Source: Pirellulales bacterium
GTDB taxonomy: Bacteria > Planctomycetota > Planctomycetia > Pirellulales > UBA7805
Assembly: GCA_041744995.1 (NCBI GenBank)
Contig: JBGTJT010000722.1
Location: 1-47,020, forward strand
DNA length: 47,020 nucleotides
Reading direction: 5' to 3'
Shown here: in pieces, positions 23,358-32,007 of the stretch
Layout: each line of letters starts with the position of its first letter
Position numbering within the stretch: position 1 is the first letter of the stretch
Made by a program: the position numbers and the translations under genes
Notes under the pieces: generated by a model
Seen by the model: only the letters and a program-made list of their open reading frames with translations
Databases searched by the model: none
Told to the model about the DNA's origin: nothing

Positions 23358-25676
23358 GTGCTTCAGGTGATCCTCGCATTTTTTGGTCTCGGCCGCGCCG
23401 ATGCGCGTTCGCGCAAGCAGTTCCGGCTGGTGCTGCGCTGGCTGGCGCCGTTGATTGCGCTGGGGTTGTTCATCTACTTCGCCCGGTTTGTTCCCTTGGT
23501 GGCCGCCGGGGAGCGATTCGTGGTACCGTTGCCCTGGGAGGCGACCGTCGGCGGGGTCGCAGTCTCGCTCGACCTGCTGATTGACGGGCTGTCGTTGCTG
23601 TTCGCCCTGATCGTTTCCGGAATTGGTTGCCTGGTGTTCCTTTACGCCGGGAGCTACATGGGGGACGACGAACGTTCGGCGCGGCTATTTCTCTGGTTGC
23701 TGGCGTTCATGGCCTCCATGTTGGGATTGGTGCTGTCCAGCAACCTGTTCGGCATGTTCCTGTTCTGGGAACTCACCGGCATCACCTCCTACATGCTGAT
23801 CGGATTCAACCAGGACGAAGAAAGCTCGCGCGCCTCGGCGCTGCAAGCGCTGCTAGTGACCGGCGTTGGCGGTTTGGCGTTGTTGGCCGGTTTCACCATG
23901 CTGGCGGTAATCGGCGGCGGCTCCGACGTGGTGGACCTGCGGCAATCAGCGGCGGCGATTGCCACCTCGCCGCTGTACATTCCGATGATCGCCTTGATCC
24001 TGCTGGGCGCTTTCACCAAGAGCGCCCAGTTTCCGTTTCATTTCTGGTTGCCTGGGGCGATGGCCGCTCCCACGCCGGTGAGCGCCTATCTGCATTCGGC
24101 GACGATGGTCAAGGCCGGCATCTTTCTTGTCGCCCGGCTGAATCCCGTCACTGGCGACACGACTGCCTGGATCGCTACTATCACCATCGTCGGCACGGCC
24201 ACCGCCTTGGTCGGCGGCTGGCTTGCCTGGCAGCAGAGCGATTTGAAACGGATCCTCGCCTACTCGACCGTCAGCGCCTTGGGAATGATCATGGCGCTGC
24301 TGGGCGTCGGTTCGCCCCTGGCGGTCAAGGGAGCGCTCACGTTTCTGCTAGCCCACGCCTTGTACAAAGGCGCGTTGTTCATGGTCGCCGGCAGTGTCGA
24401 CCATGGCAGCCACACTCGCGACATCAATGAACTGGGCGGATTGATCAAGAAGATGCCGTGGACGTTCGCCGCCGCTGCAATGGCCGCGGTGTCGCTCGCC
24501 GGACTGCCTCCGACGATGGGCTTTCTTGGCAAGGAAGTCGATTTCGAGGCCGCGCTGGAAACCGAGTATGCCCTATGGCTGACCTCCGCCTTGATGGCGG
24601 CCAGCGTCGGCTTCGTCGTGGTGGCCTCGCTGGTGGCCATCCGGCCGTTCTTCGGCACGGCGACTGCCGCGGCGGCAGACGCCCACGAATCGCCACCCAC
24701 AATGCTGGTGGGGCCGCTGCTGCTGAGCGGTACGGGTCTCGGTCTGGCTTTCTACGCGGGTTGGTTCGGAGAAACATTCATTTCGGCCGCCATGAGCGAG
24801 ACGCTAGGCACGCCGCACGTCGCCAAGTTGGCGCTGTGGCACGGCGTGAACACGCCGTTGTTGCTTAGCGCCGGCTCATTCGTAGTTGGACTAGTACTCT
24901 ACGCGATGCGCGATCGGCTGTTGTCGGCGGCCGCCCCCTTCGGAGTGCTCGCCGCGATCGGCCCCGCAGCCGGTTATCGGGGGATGCTCGCCGGGCTGAA
25001 ATGGTTTGCCAACGCGCAAACCCGAGTGATTCAAAACGGCCGGTTGAGCATCTATATCCTTTGTATCGGCATAACATTAATCACATTGTTGGCCGCCTCG
25101 TGGTGGTTCCGCGTCGGTACGATCGAAATGGCCGATGGTCCGCGGGTGCAACTCTACGAGCTGATGATCTGCGGCATGATGTTGGCCGCGGCGATTTTTG
25201 TCACCAAGACAGGTTCCCGACTGGCGGCCATCTGCCTGCTCGGTTCGGTCGGCTACGGTATTTCGATCGTGTTTCTGCTATTCGCGGCGCCCGATCTGGC
25301 CATGACTCAATTGGCCATCGAGACCTTGACGGTCATTTTGTTCGTCTTCGTGCTGTACCGATTGCCGCGGTTCAAGCGGTACACCTCCACCGCCGTGCGG
25401 GCGCGGGACGGCTTGATCGCGATCGGGTTCGGCACGATCATGGCGGTGCTGGCGTTCAGCGTGGCCGAACACGCCATCGACCCGTCCGAGAAGGAGCTGA
25501 CGGACGGCATCAATCGGATGGCCTACCCGGAGGGGCGCGGGCGCAATGAAGTGAACGTGATTTTGGTTGACTTCCGCGCGCTCGACACGCTCGGCGAGCT
25601 AACCGTACTGTCGGTCGCCGCCATTGGTATTCTCGCGCTGTTGCGGCTGCGGTTGGGGGAGGAGCGCGAAGCATGA
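23358..25676 (+). CDS. mrpA: Mrp/Mnh-type cation:proton antiporter subunit A (NuoL-like, with the usual C-terminal MrpB-like domain)
   Basis: [45 protein letters not shown] and [33 protein letters not shown] are NuoL/MrpA hallmarks. The C-terminal ...[19 protein letters not shown] is the MnhB-like segment. Start uncertain: GTG 23358 proposed ([11 protein letters not shown]...). ORF-track start 23124 would nearly abut the divergent gene. Confidence 0.88.
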   Translation: MLQVILAFFGLGRADARSRKQFRLVLRWLAPLIALGLFIYFARFVPLVAAGERFVVPLPWEATVGGVAVSLDLLIDGLSLLFALIVSGIGCLVFLYAGSYMGDDERSARLFLWLLAFMASMLGLVLSSNLFGMFLFWELTGITSYMLIGFNQDEESSRASALQALLVTGVGGLALLAGFTMLAVIGGGSDVVDLRQSAAAIATSPLYIPMIALILLGAFTKSAQFPFHFWLPGAMAAPTPVSAYLHSATMVKAGIFLVARLNPVTGDTTAWIATITIVGTATALVGGWLAWQQSDLKRILAYSTVSALGMIMALLGVGSPLAVKGALTFLLAHALYKGALFMVAGSVDHGSHTRDINELGGLIKKMPWTFAAAAMAAVSLAGLPPTMGFLGKEVDFEAALETEYALWLTSALMAASVGFVVVASLVAIRPFFGTATAAAADAHESPPTMLVGPLLLSGTGLGLAFYAGWFGETFISAAMSETLGTPHVAKLALWHGVNTPLLLSAGSFVVGLVLYAMRDRLLSAAAPFGVLAAIGPAAGYRGMLAGLKWFANAQTRVIQNGRLSIYILCIGITLITLLAASWWFRVGTIEMADGPRVQLYELMICGMMLAAAIFVTKTGSRLAAICLLGSVGYGISIVFLLFAAPDLAMTQLAIETLTVILFVFVLYRLPRFKRYTSTAVRARDGLIAIGFGTIMAVLAFSVAEHAIDPSEKELTDGINRMAYPEGRGRNEVNVILVDFRALDTLGELTVLSVAAIGILALLRLRLGEEREA

Positions 25677-26080
25677 ATTCCTTGATACTCTCCACGGCGG
25701 CACGATTGCTGCTGCCACTGCTGTTGATTTTCTCGGTGTTTCTTCTGCTCCGCGGCCACTACGAGCCGGGGGGCGGCTTCGTGGGCGGCTTGACCGCCGC
25801 AGCGGCGTTCCTGTTATGCCTGTTCGCCTTCGGCCTGCCCGAAGCGCGGCGCATCCTGTGGATTTCCCCGCTTTCCTGGATTTCCGCCGGCCTCACGTTG
25901 GCGCTGACCGCCGGCCTGTTGCCGATGCTGTTTCGTAAGCCATTTTTGACCGGTCTGTGGCCCGAATGGGACTTGCCCATCGTGGGCAATCTTGGCACTC
26001 CGTTGCTATTCGACGTGGGCGTCTACGCCGTCGTCGTGGGCGTGGTCACGCTGATTGTCTTTGAATTGGCGGAGGAATAA
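25673..26080 (+). CDS. mrpB: Mrp/Mnh antiporter subunit B
   Basis: 135 aa. [17 protein letters not shown] motif and 4 predicted TM helices. ATGA overlap with mrpA (25673..25676). Confidence 0.85.
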   Translation: MNSLILSTAARLLLPLLLIFSVFLLLRGHYEPGGGFVGGLTAAAAFLLCLFAFGLPEARRILWISPLSWISAGLTLALTAGLLPMLFRKPFLTGLWPEWDLPIVGNLGTPLLFDVGVYAVVVGVVTLIVFELAEE

Positions 26081-26081
26081 C

Positions 26082-26513
26082 ATGGAACTTCCTATCAGCC
26101 TCTCCTTGGTCATGGCCGTTACTATTGGCGGATTGTTCGCCTGTGGGCTGTACATGGTGTTGCGCCGCAGCGTGGTCAAGCTGATCATCGGCCTGGCATT
26201 GTTCACGCATGCCACCAACCTTCTGATTTTCAATTCCGGCGGACTGACTCGCGGCCGACCACCGCTGATTCCCGCGGACGCGACCAGCATCGAGCCGCCG
26301 TTCGCCGATCCGATCCCGCAAGCGCTGATTCTCACGGCGATCGTGATCGCCTTTGGCCTGCAAGCCTTTGCCTTGGTTCTGTTGAAACGTACCTATCAGT
26401 TGCTTAAGACCGAGGATTTGGACGAGCTGAACCTTACCGATCGGTTGGCGCCGCATCTATCCAAGCCTTCCGATCAGCCAGAAGCAATCTCCGGCGGGGA
26501 GAGCGAACCGTAA
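26082..26513 (+). CDS. mrpC: Mrp/Mnh antiporter subunit C (NuoK-like)
   Basis: ATG 26082 is preceded by [36 protein letters not shown]..., [17 protein letters not shown] (NuoK/MnhC pattern). It has a C-terminal tail of about 30 aa. Confidence 0.85.
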   Translation: MELPISLSLVMAVTIGGLFACGLYMVLRRSVVKLIIGLALFTHATNLLIFNSGGLTRGRPPLIPADATSIEPPFADPIPQALILTAIVIAFGLQAFALVLLKRTYQLLKTEDLDELNLTDRLAPHLSKPSDQPEAISGGESEP

Positions 26514-28042
26514 TGGAATGGCTGCCGATATTGCCGATCTTGATACCGCTGGCGACTGCGGTCGGTTGCTTGCTGGCCTGGGGGCGCGTGGGCGCTCAGC
26601 GAACGATCAGTCTTGCCGGATCGCTGTTGCTGTTTGCCGCCTCGGTGTTGCTGCTGCTGGTGGTCGATCGAGACGGTATTCAAGTGCTCGGGGTGGGAGA
26701 CTGGCGTCCGCCATTTGGAATTGTGCTGGTCATCGATCGCCTCAGCGCACTGATGGTCTTGTTGGCCGGCGTGTTGGCGCCCTGCATTGTGACCTACGCC
26801 GTTGTTGCCATCGACGAAAGACGACAGCATTTCGGCTTTCATGTGCTGCTGCAAACGCTGTTTCTGGGTGTTTGCGGCGCATTCACCACGGGCGATCTGT
26901 TTAATCTTTATGTCTGGTTCGAGGTGCTGCTGATCTCGTCGTTCGTGTTGGTCGCCCTCGGCGGCGAACGCGCGCAGTTGGAAGGCGCCATCAAATATGT
27001 GACGCTCAACTTGCTCTCTTCGATTACCTTTCTGGCGGCGGTCGGCATTATCTATGCCGTGACCGGCACGTTGACCATGGCCGACATTGCCCGCTCGATT
27101 ACCGCCGGATCGCCGCAACCGATGGCCACCGTCGCCGCCAGCATGTTGCTGGTCGCCTTCGGCATTAAAGCGGCCGTGTTTCCCGTTTTTTACTGGCTGC
27201 CGGCTTCGTATCATACGCCGCCGATCGCGGTCGGGGCCGTGATGGCCGGCTTGATGACCAAGGTGGGCGTCTACTCCCTGGTCCGCGTGTATACCTTGAT
27301 CTTCCCGCACGAACAACCGTACGCCGGTCCGCTGCTCGCCTGGTGCGCGGCGCTGACTATGATTGTCGGCGTGCTGGGGGCGGCGGCGCAGGGAGACATC
27401 CGCCGTATTCTGGCGTTTCACAGCATCAGCCAGGTGGGCTACATGATTCTTGGCCTGGCGATCTTTACTCCGCTGGCGCTCGCCGGGACGATGGTCTACA
27501 TCGTCCATCATGGGCTGGTGAAGACCAACTTGTTTCTCATCGCCGGTCTGATTCATCGCGTCGGCGGCAGTTACCAGCTCAATCGGCTGGGCGGGTTGTA
27601 TACGAGCTTTCCGGGACTGGGCTTGTTGTTTCTGGTGGTCGCCATGTCGCTGGCCGGAATACCGCCGTTGAGCGGCTTCTGGGCCAAGTTGGCCCTGGTC
27701 ATTGCCTCCGTCGAGACGCACCATTGGTGGCTGCTCGCGTCTGCCTTGGGCGTGAGCTTGCTGACACTCTTCTCGATGGTCAAGATCTGGGCGGAAGCAT
27801 TCTGGAAACCCATGCCCCAGATGACGCCGGCCGACAACGAGTTTCCCGAGGCGTATGACAATGAACCGGACATTCCTCCCACCAGGGGCTCCTGGCTGGC
27901 GATGTCACTGCCCTGCGTGGTGTTAGCGGCGGCGATGATCGCCGTCGGCGTATTCGCCGGACCGGTGTTTGAGTTTGCCGACCGCGCGGCCGAGGAACTG
28001 TTGAATCCGCAAGTCTATATCGAGGCGGTTTTCCCCGCATGA
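26513..28042 (+). CDS. mrpD: Mrp/Mnh antiporter subunit D (NuoM/N-like)
   Basis: 509 aa. [17 protein letters not shown] and [34 protein letters not shown] are typical of MrpD/NuoN. 1-nt overlap with the mrpC stop (TAATG). Confidence 0.88.
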   Translation: MEWLPILPILIPLATAVGCLLAWGRVGAQRTISLAGSLLLFAASVLLLLVVDRDGIQVLGVGDWRPPFGIVLVIDRLSALMVLLAGVLAPCIVTYAVVAIDERRQHFGFHVLLQTLFLGVCGAFTTGDLFNLYVWFEVLLISSFVLVALGGERAQLEGAIKYVTLNLLSSITFLAAVGIIYAVTGTLTMADIARSITAGSPQPMATVAASMLLVAFGIKAAVFPVFYWLPASYHTPPIAVGAVMAGLMTKVGVYSLVRVYTLIFPHEQPYAGPLLAWCAALTMIVGVLGAAAQGDIRRILAFHSISQVGYMILGLAIFTPLALAGTMVYIVHHGLVKTNLFLIAGLIHRVGGSYQLNRLGGLYTSFPGLGLLFLVVAMSLAGIPPLSGFWAKLALVIASVETHHWWLLASALGVSLLTLFSMVKIWAEAFWKPMPQMTPADNEFPEAYDNEPDIPPTRGSWLAMSLPCVVLAAAMIAVGVFAGPVFEFADRAAEELLNPQVYIEAVFPA

Positions 28043-28869
28043 ACACAACGCAAGACTATCTGCAACTGGCGGAAAAGACGATCGTCGTGTTCGGCGTCGC
28101 CAACCGTAAGAGCGTTGCCTGGCATATCGCCACGCAACTGGAGCAGGTCGGCGCAACGGTGCTGTATGTTGTTCGCAACGCGCAGCGGAGGCAGTCGACC
28201 GCCAAGCTGCTCGCCGGCCGCGAGGTATTCGAGTGCGACGTCGAGCATGAGGATCAAATTGTGCGGCTGCGCGACGAAATCGCACAACGGCATCTGGTCG
28301 TACACGGTGTGGTCCATTCGATCGCCTTCGCTGAATATGAGGGAGGCGTGAAGCCGTTTCACGAGACTCTCAAGCGAGAGTTTCTTCGCGCGGTTGATAT
28401 CTCCTGCTACTCGTTATTGGCGATCAGCAATGCATTTCAGGGCTTGCTCGACCAGCAAGCTTCAGTGGTGACGATCTCGATCTCAACCACGCGGATGGCG
28501 AGCGAGAACTACGGCTACATGGCGCCGGTCAAGGCGGCGCTCGATTCGTCGCTGGCCTTTTTGACCAAGTCGTTCAGCAACTTCTCCGAAGTGCGCTTCA
28601 ACGCCGTTGCTCCCAGCTTGCTGAAAACGTCCGCCTCGGCCGGAATTCCAGGTTACGTCGACTCGTATCTGCATGCTGAACGCGTCATTCCCCGCAAGCG
28701 GGCGGTGCAAACCGAGGAGGCTGCCAGTACGGCGGTGTTCCTGCTCAGCCCGCGATCCAGCGGCATCACGGCGCAAAGCATTGTGGTCGACGCCGGGATG
28801 AGTATCAACTACTTCGATCGGGACGTGATTGGCGATTCGTCCGTCCGCGGAGAGGCGTCGGCGGACTAG
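28039..28869 (+). CDS. fabI: Enoyl-[acyl-carrier-protein] reductase, FabI type
   Basis: Collinear with E. coli FabI from memory: [19 protein letters not shown] (cf. KRILVTGVASKLSIAYGIA), [26 protein letters not shown]-x6-K as [47 protein letters not shown] overlap with mrpD. Confidence 0.88.
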   Translation: MNTTQDYLQLAEKTIVVFGVANRKSVAWHIATQLEQVGATVLYVVRNAQRRQSTAKLLAGREVFECDVEHEDQIVRLRDEIAQRHLVVHGVVHSIAFAEYEGGVKPFHETLKREFLRAVDISCYSLLAISNAFQGLLDQQASVVTISISTTRMASENYGYMAPVKAALDSSLAFLTKSFSNFSEVRFNAVAPSLLKTSASAGIPGYVDSYLHAERVIPRKRAVQTEEAASTAVFLLSPRSSGITAQSIVVDAGMSINYFDRDVIGDSSVRGEASAD

Positions 28870-30041
28870 CCACTCGAAGCGGCAATTTCTCCAACCGCCG
28901 CGGCCAACTGCTCGACATGTTCCCGCGTGTTGAACGGCCCCAGGCTGACGCGGACGGTTCCGCCCAGCGGAAGCGAGCGGATCGACTGGTGAATCAGCGG
29001 CGCGCAGTGCAAGCCGCTGCGGACCTCGATGCCGTACTGGCCATCGAGCAAGGCGGCAACTTCCTGCGGGTCGAAGCCGGCGATGTTAAAGCTCAAAACC
29101 GCCACCGATTGGCTGGGGTCTTGCGTGCCGTACAGCGTCACGCCGTCGATCGACCGCAATCGCTCGATCAACTCGCCGAGCAACGTGCGCTGCCGGTCGC
29201 GGAGCACCTCGACGCCTTGCGACTCGATCCAGGCAATACCCGCCGCCAGCCCGGCCAGGCCGGGGACGTTGTGATTTCCGGCCTCGAACTTGTATGGCAT
29301 CGTTTGCGGATGGCGGGGCGACTCGCTCGCGGTGCCCGTGCCGCCGAAACGGCTGGGAGTGAGGTGATCTTCCAAGCCGGGGCGCAGATAAAGCACGCCG
29401 GTTCCCAGCGGCCCCAGCAAGCCCTTATGACCGCTGCCGACCACGACGTCGAACGGCAGTTGCTGGACGTTCAACGGTTCGTGGCCAAGTGTCTGGGCGG
29501 CGTCGAGAATGGTCCGCACCTCATATCGCTGAGCCATTTCTAGAATCTGCTCCAGCGGCTGGATCGTACCGGTCACGTTGGAGGCGTGCGCGACGACCAA
29601 CAGATCCGCCCCTCGGGCAAACGCGCTCTCCAGTTTATGGAGTTTGACGCGACCCTCGACGTCGCAACCGACCGCCTCAAGTGTTTCTGCTCGCGGATAG
29701 TTCTCGTACCACCACTGCAACGGCCGATGGACGGAGTTGTGGTCGGCGGCCGTGGTGGCCACGCGAGTTGCGCGGGAGACCATGCTGGTGATGGCGAGGT
29801 TCAGCACGTCGGTGCCGTTGAAGCCGAATGCGATGCGGGCCGGTTGCTCGGCGCCGATCAGTTTCGCCATGCGACGCCGGGCGTCCTCCACGATCTGTGC
29901 GGCGGCGAGCGAGCTATCGTACGAGCCGCGGCCGGCCGAGGCGCCGTTGTCGCGCATTGTGTTCAACACCGCCTCCAGCACGCTGGGCGGCTTGGGCCAA
30001 CTCGTGGCGGCGTTGTCGAGATAGATGCGATCCGGCTTCAT
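28866..30041 (-). CDS. Class-V aminotransferase-fold PLP enzyme, cysteine desulfurase / selenocysteine lyase-like
   Basis: [24 protein letters not shown], the PLP-Lys motif [14 protein letters not shown] and RSGLHCAP near the C-terminus. Its stop shares the palindrome CTAG with the fabI stop. Confidence 0.85.
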   Translation of the reverse strand: MKPDRIYLDNAATSWPKPPSVLEAVLNTMRDNGASAGRGSYDSSLAAAQIVEDARRRMAKLIGAEQPARIAFGFNGTDVLNLAITSMVSRATRVATTAADHNSVHRPLQWWYENYPRAETLEAVGCDVEGRVKLHKLESAFARGADLLVVAHASNVTGTIQPLEQILEMAQRYEVRTILDAAQTLGHEPLNVQQLPFDVVVGSGHKGLLGPLGTGVLYLRPGLEDHLTPSRFGGTGTASESPRHPQTMPYKFEAGNHNVPGLAGLAAGIAWIESQGVEVLRDRQRTLLGELIERLRSIDGVTLYGTQDPSQSVAVLSFNIAGFDPQEVAALLDGQYGIEVRSGLHCAPLIHQSIRSLPLGGTVRVSLGPFNTREHVEQLAAAVGEIAASSG

Positions 30042-30075
30042 GACGATGAATGTATCATTTAGCCATCTGACGCAA

Positions 30076-30229
30076 AACCCTTCTCCCTCTGGGAGAAGGT
30101 GGCTGCGCAGCAGACGGATGAGGGCGCGGTGCTAATCCGCGCTGTCCCAAGAATACTCGCAGGACATACCACCCTAGCACCGCGCCCTCATCCGGCCTTC
30201 GGCCACCTTCTCCCAGAGGGAGAAGGGTT
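30076..30229. repeat. REP/MITE-like nested palindromic element
   Basis: Left arm 30076..30134 (AACCCTTCTCCCTCTGGGAGAAGGTGGC...GGATGAGGGCGCGGTGCTA) is the inverted repeat of right arm 30175..30229 (TAGCACCGCGCCCTCATCC...GCCACCTTCTCCCAGAGGGAGAAGGGTT). Each arm also contains its own hairpin, CCCTTCTCCC-N4-GGGAGAAGG. The arm centres differ (TGCGCAGCAGAC vs CGAAGGCC). Confidence 0.8.
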
Positions 30230-30302
30230 GATTCCGACCGTGCCATGCGGTGCGGCAGACGGCTGAAGTATTCCAGCAGGGCGCCCGCAACCTGGCTTTG
30301 GT

Positions 30303-31298
30303 TTATCCGCCGATCTGATACATGGCGCGGTCCGGACGCAAAAAATCCGGCTCGTCGATGCCGTGGCCGGGCTTCTTGGCGGCGATGCTCTCGCGGACTG
30401 CCCGCACGAGTTCCGCGTCGCTGGCGCCCTCGCGGAGCAGTTCGCGGAGATCCCACTCGGCCAGCGAGAACAAACAGTTTCGCACCTTGCCGTCCGCGGT
30501 CAAGCGGAGCCGGTCGCAGTTGTGGCAAAACGGCTGCGTCACGGGATTGATGAAGCCGATGCGTCCCCGACCGTCTCGGAACACATAGTCGGTTGCCGGC
30601 TGACTGGGATCGGTCACGGCAACCGGATCGAGCGGGCCGAACTCCGCTTCCAGCATCGCCCGCAGATCGCCGCCGGAAATGACCTGATCGTGCTCCCATT
30701 TCCCCTCGGCATCGAGCGGCATAAACTCGATAAACCGCATTTCCATTCCGTGCTCGCGGGCAAAACGGCCCAGCGGCACGACCTCGCGTTCGGTGATTCC
30801 GCGAATCGCCACTGCGTTGAGCCGGATGTTTGTAAAGCCCGCATCGCGAGCCGCAAAAATGCCGGCCAAGACCCGAGCGAGTCCTTCGCGACGGGCGATG
30901 TCGCGGAACGTTTCTTCGCTCAAGCCATCGAGGCTGATATTCAACCGCCGTAAGCCGGCCCGCTTCAGGTCGGCAGCTTGTTCCGCGAGCAGGATGCCGT
31001 TGGTCGTTAACGCCAGGTCTTCGATTCCCGGAATCCCGCTCAATTGGCCAACCAACTTGGGCAGTTCCTGACGGACCAGCGGCTCGCCGCCCGTGAGACG
31101 CAATTTGCGAACGCCCAGCGGCGCCAGCAAGCGGACGACTCGCACGATCTCCTCGAACGTAAGGATCTCCGAACGTGGTTTGAATTGGACGTTCTCGTTC
31201 GGCATACAGTAGAAGCAGCGGATATTGCAGCGGTCGGTGACACTGATTCGCAGGTTGCGGTGAACCCGTCCAAAGCGGTCGATCAACGGTTCGTTCAT
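30303..31298 (-). CDS. moaA: GTP 3',8-cyclase (molybdenum cofactor biosynthesis protein A)
   Basis: Start at ATG 31298 (MNEPLIDRFGRVHRNLRISVTDRCNIRCFYCMP, the radical-SAM CxxxCxxC), C-terminal CHNCDRLRLTADGKVRNCLF cluster and terminal GG. ATGA overlap with the moaE stop. ORF-track start 31550 is rejected. Confidence 0.93.
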   Translation of the reverse strand: MNEPLIDRFGRVHRNLRISVTDRCNIRCFYCMPNENVQFKPRSEILTFEEIVRVVRLLAPLGVRKLRLTGGEPLVRQELPKLVGQLSGIPGIEDLALTTNGILLAEQAADLKRAGLRRLNISLDGLSEETFRDIARREGLARVLAGIFAARDAGFTNIRLNAVAIRGITEREVVPLGRFAREHGMEMRFIEFMPLDAEGKWEHDQVISGGDLRAMLEAEFGPLDPVAVTDPSQPATDYVFRDGRGRIGFINPVTQPFCHNCDRLRLTADGKVRNCLFSLAEWDLRELLREGASDAELVRAVRESIAAKKPGHGIDEPDFLRPDRAMYQIGG

Positions 31299-31753
31299 GT
31301 TGCATCCTCCGGAGTATCCGCCAGGTTCTCGGCGGGGGCGTCCAAGCCAGGATGAACCCACTGCGAGCCGCCGTCGGCCCAGTTTTCCCGCTTCCAGATC
31401 GGCGCCTGCTGCTTGATCTCGTCCATCAGCCAACTCGCCGCCGCGAAGGCGTCGGCCCGATGGGGCGAGGAAACGGCTACGGCAATGCTCGCCTCCCCAA
31501 TTTCGACCCGTCCGATTCGATGGATCACGCCGCATCGTAGAATCGGCCACCGCCGAGTTGCTTCCTGGCGCAGCTTCTCGAGCTGACGCAGCGTCATCGA
31601 TTCATGACATTCATAATCGAGCGAAGCGGTTTCCCGCCCGTCGGTCAGTTGCCGCGTCGTGCCAACAAACAAAACGACGGCGCCGGCCAATGGCGACTGC
31701 ACGTCGGCCAGCAGCTTGGTCGTATCGATCTTGTGGTTGGTGACCTCAATCAT
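31295..31753 (-). CDS. moaE: Molybdopterin synthase catalytic subunit
   Basis: 152 aa. GAVVLFVGTTR, EASIAVAVSSPHRADAF and PIWKRE motifs typical of MoaE. Confidence 0.88.
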   Translation of the reverse strand: MIEVTNHKIDTTKLLADVQSPLAGAVVLFVGTTRQLTDGRETASLDYECHESMTLRQLEKLRQEATRRWPILRCGVIHRIGRVEIGEASIAVAVSSPHRADAFAAASWLMDEIKQQAPIWKRENWADGGSQWVHPGLDAPAENLADTPEDAT

Positions 31754-31759
31754 ATTGGT

Positions 31760-32005
31760 TCAACCGCCGCTGACCGGCGGAATAAGGGCAATGCTGTCAT
31801 TCTCGTGGAGTTGCTGATGGTCGGAGGCGAACTCGTCGTTTACCGCGATCCGAAATCGGCCGCCGCTTTCAGCCAACCGCGGAATCACGCGCTCCAGATC
31901 CCGCCGCAGTCGCTCCACCGTGGCGTCGGCGGGCAGTTCGAGTGGTATCTGGTCGCGGTCGGCCCAATCCCGCGCAACGGCGAATAGTTGAACGTTCAGA
32001 TTCAT
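31760..32005 (-). CDS. moaD: Molybdopterin synthase sulfur-carrier subunit (ThiS/MoaD fold)
   Basis: 81 aa ending in ...ALIPPVSGG (C-terminal Gly-Gly). Lies immediately upstream of moaE. Confidence 0.85.
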   Translation of the reverse strand: MNLNVQLFAVARDWADRDQIPLELPADATVERLRRDLERVIPRLAESGGRFRIAVNDEFASDHQQLHENDSIALIPPVSGG

Positions 32006-32007
32006 GT

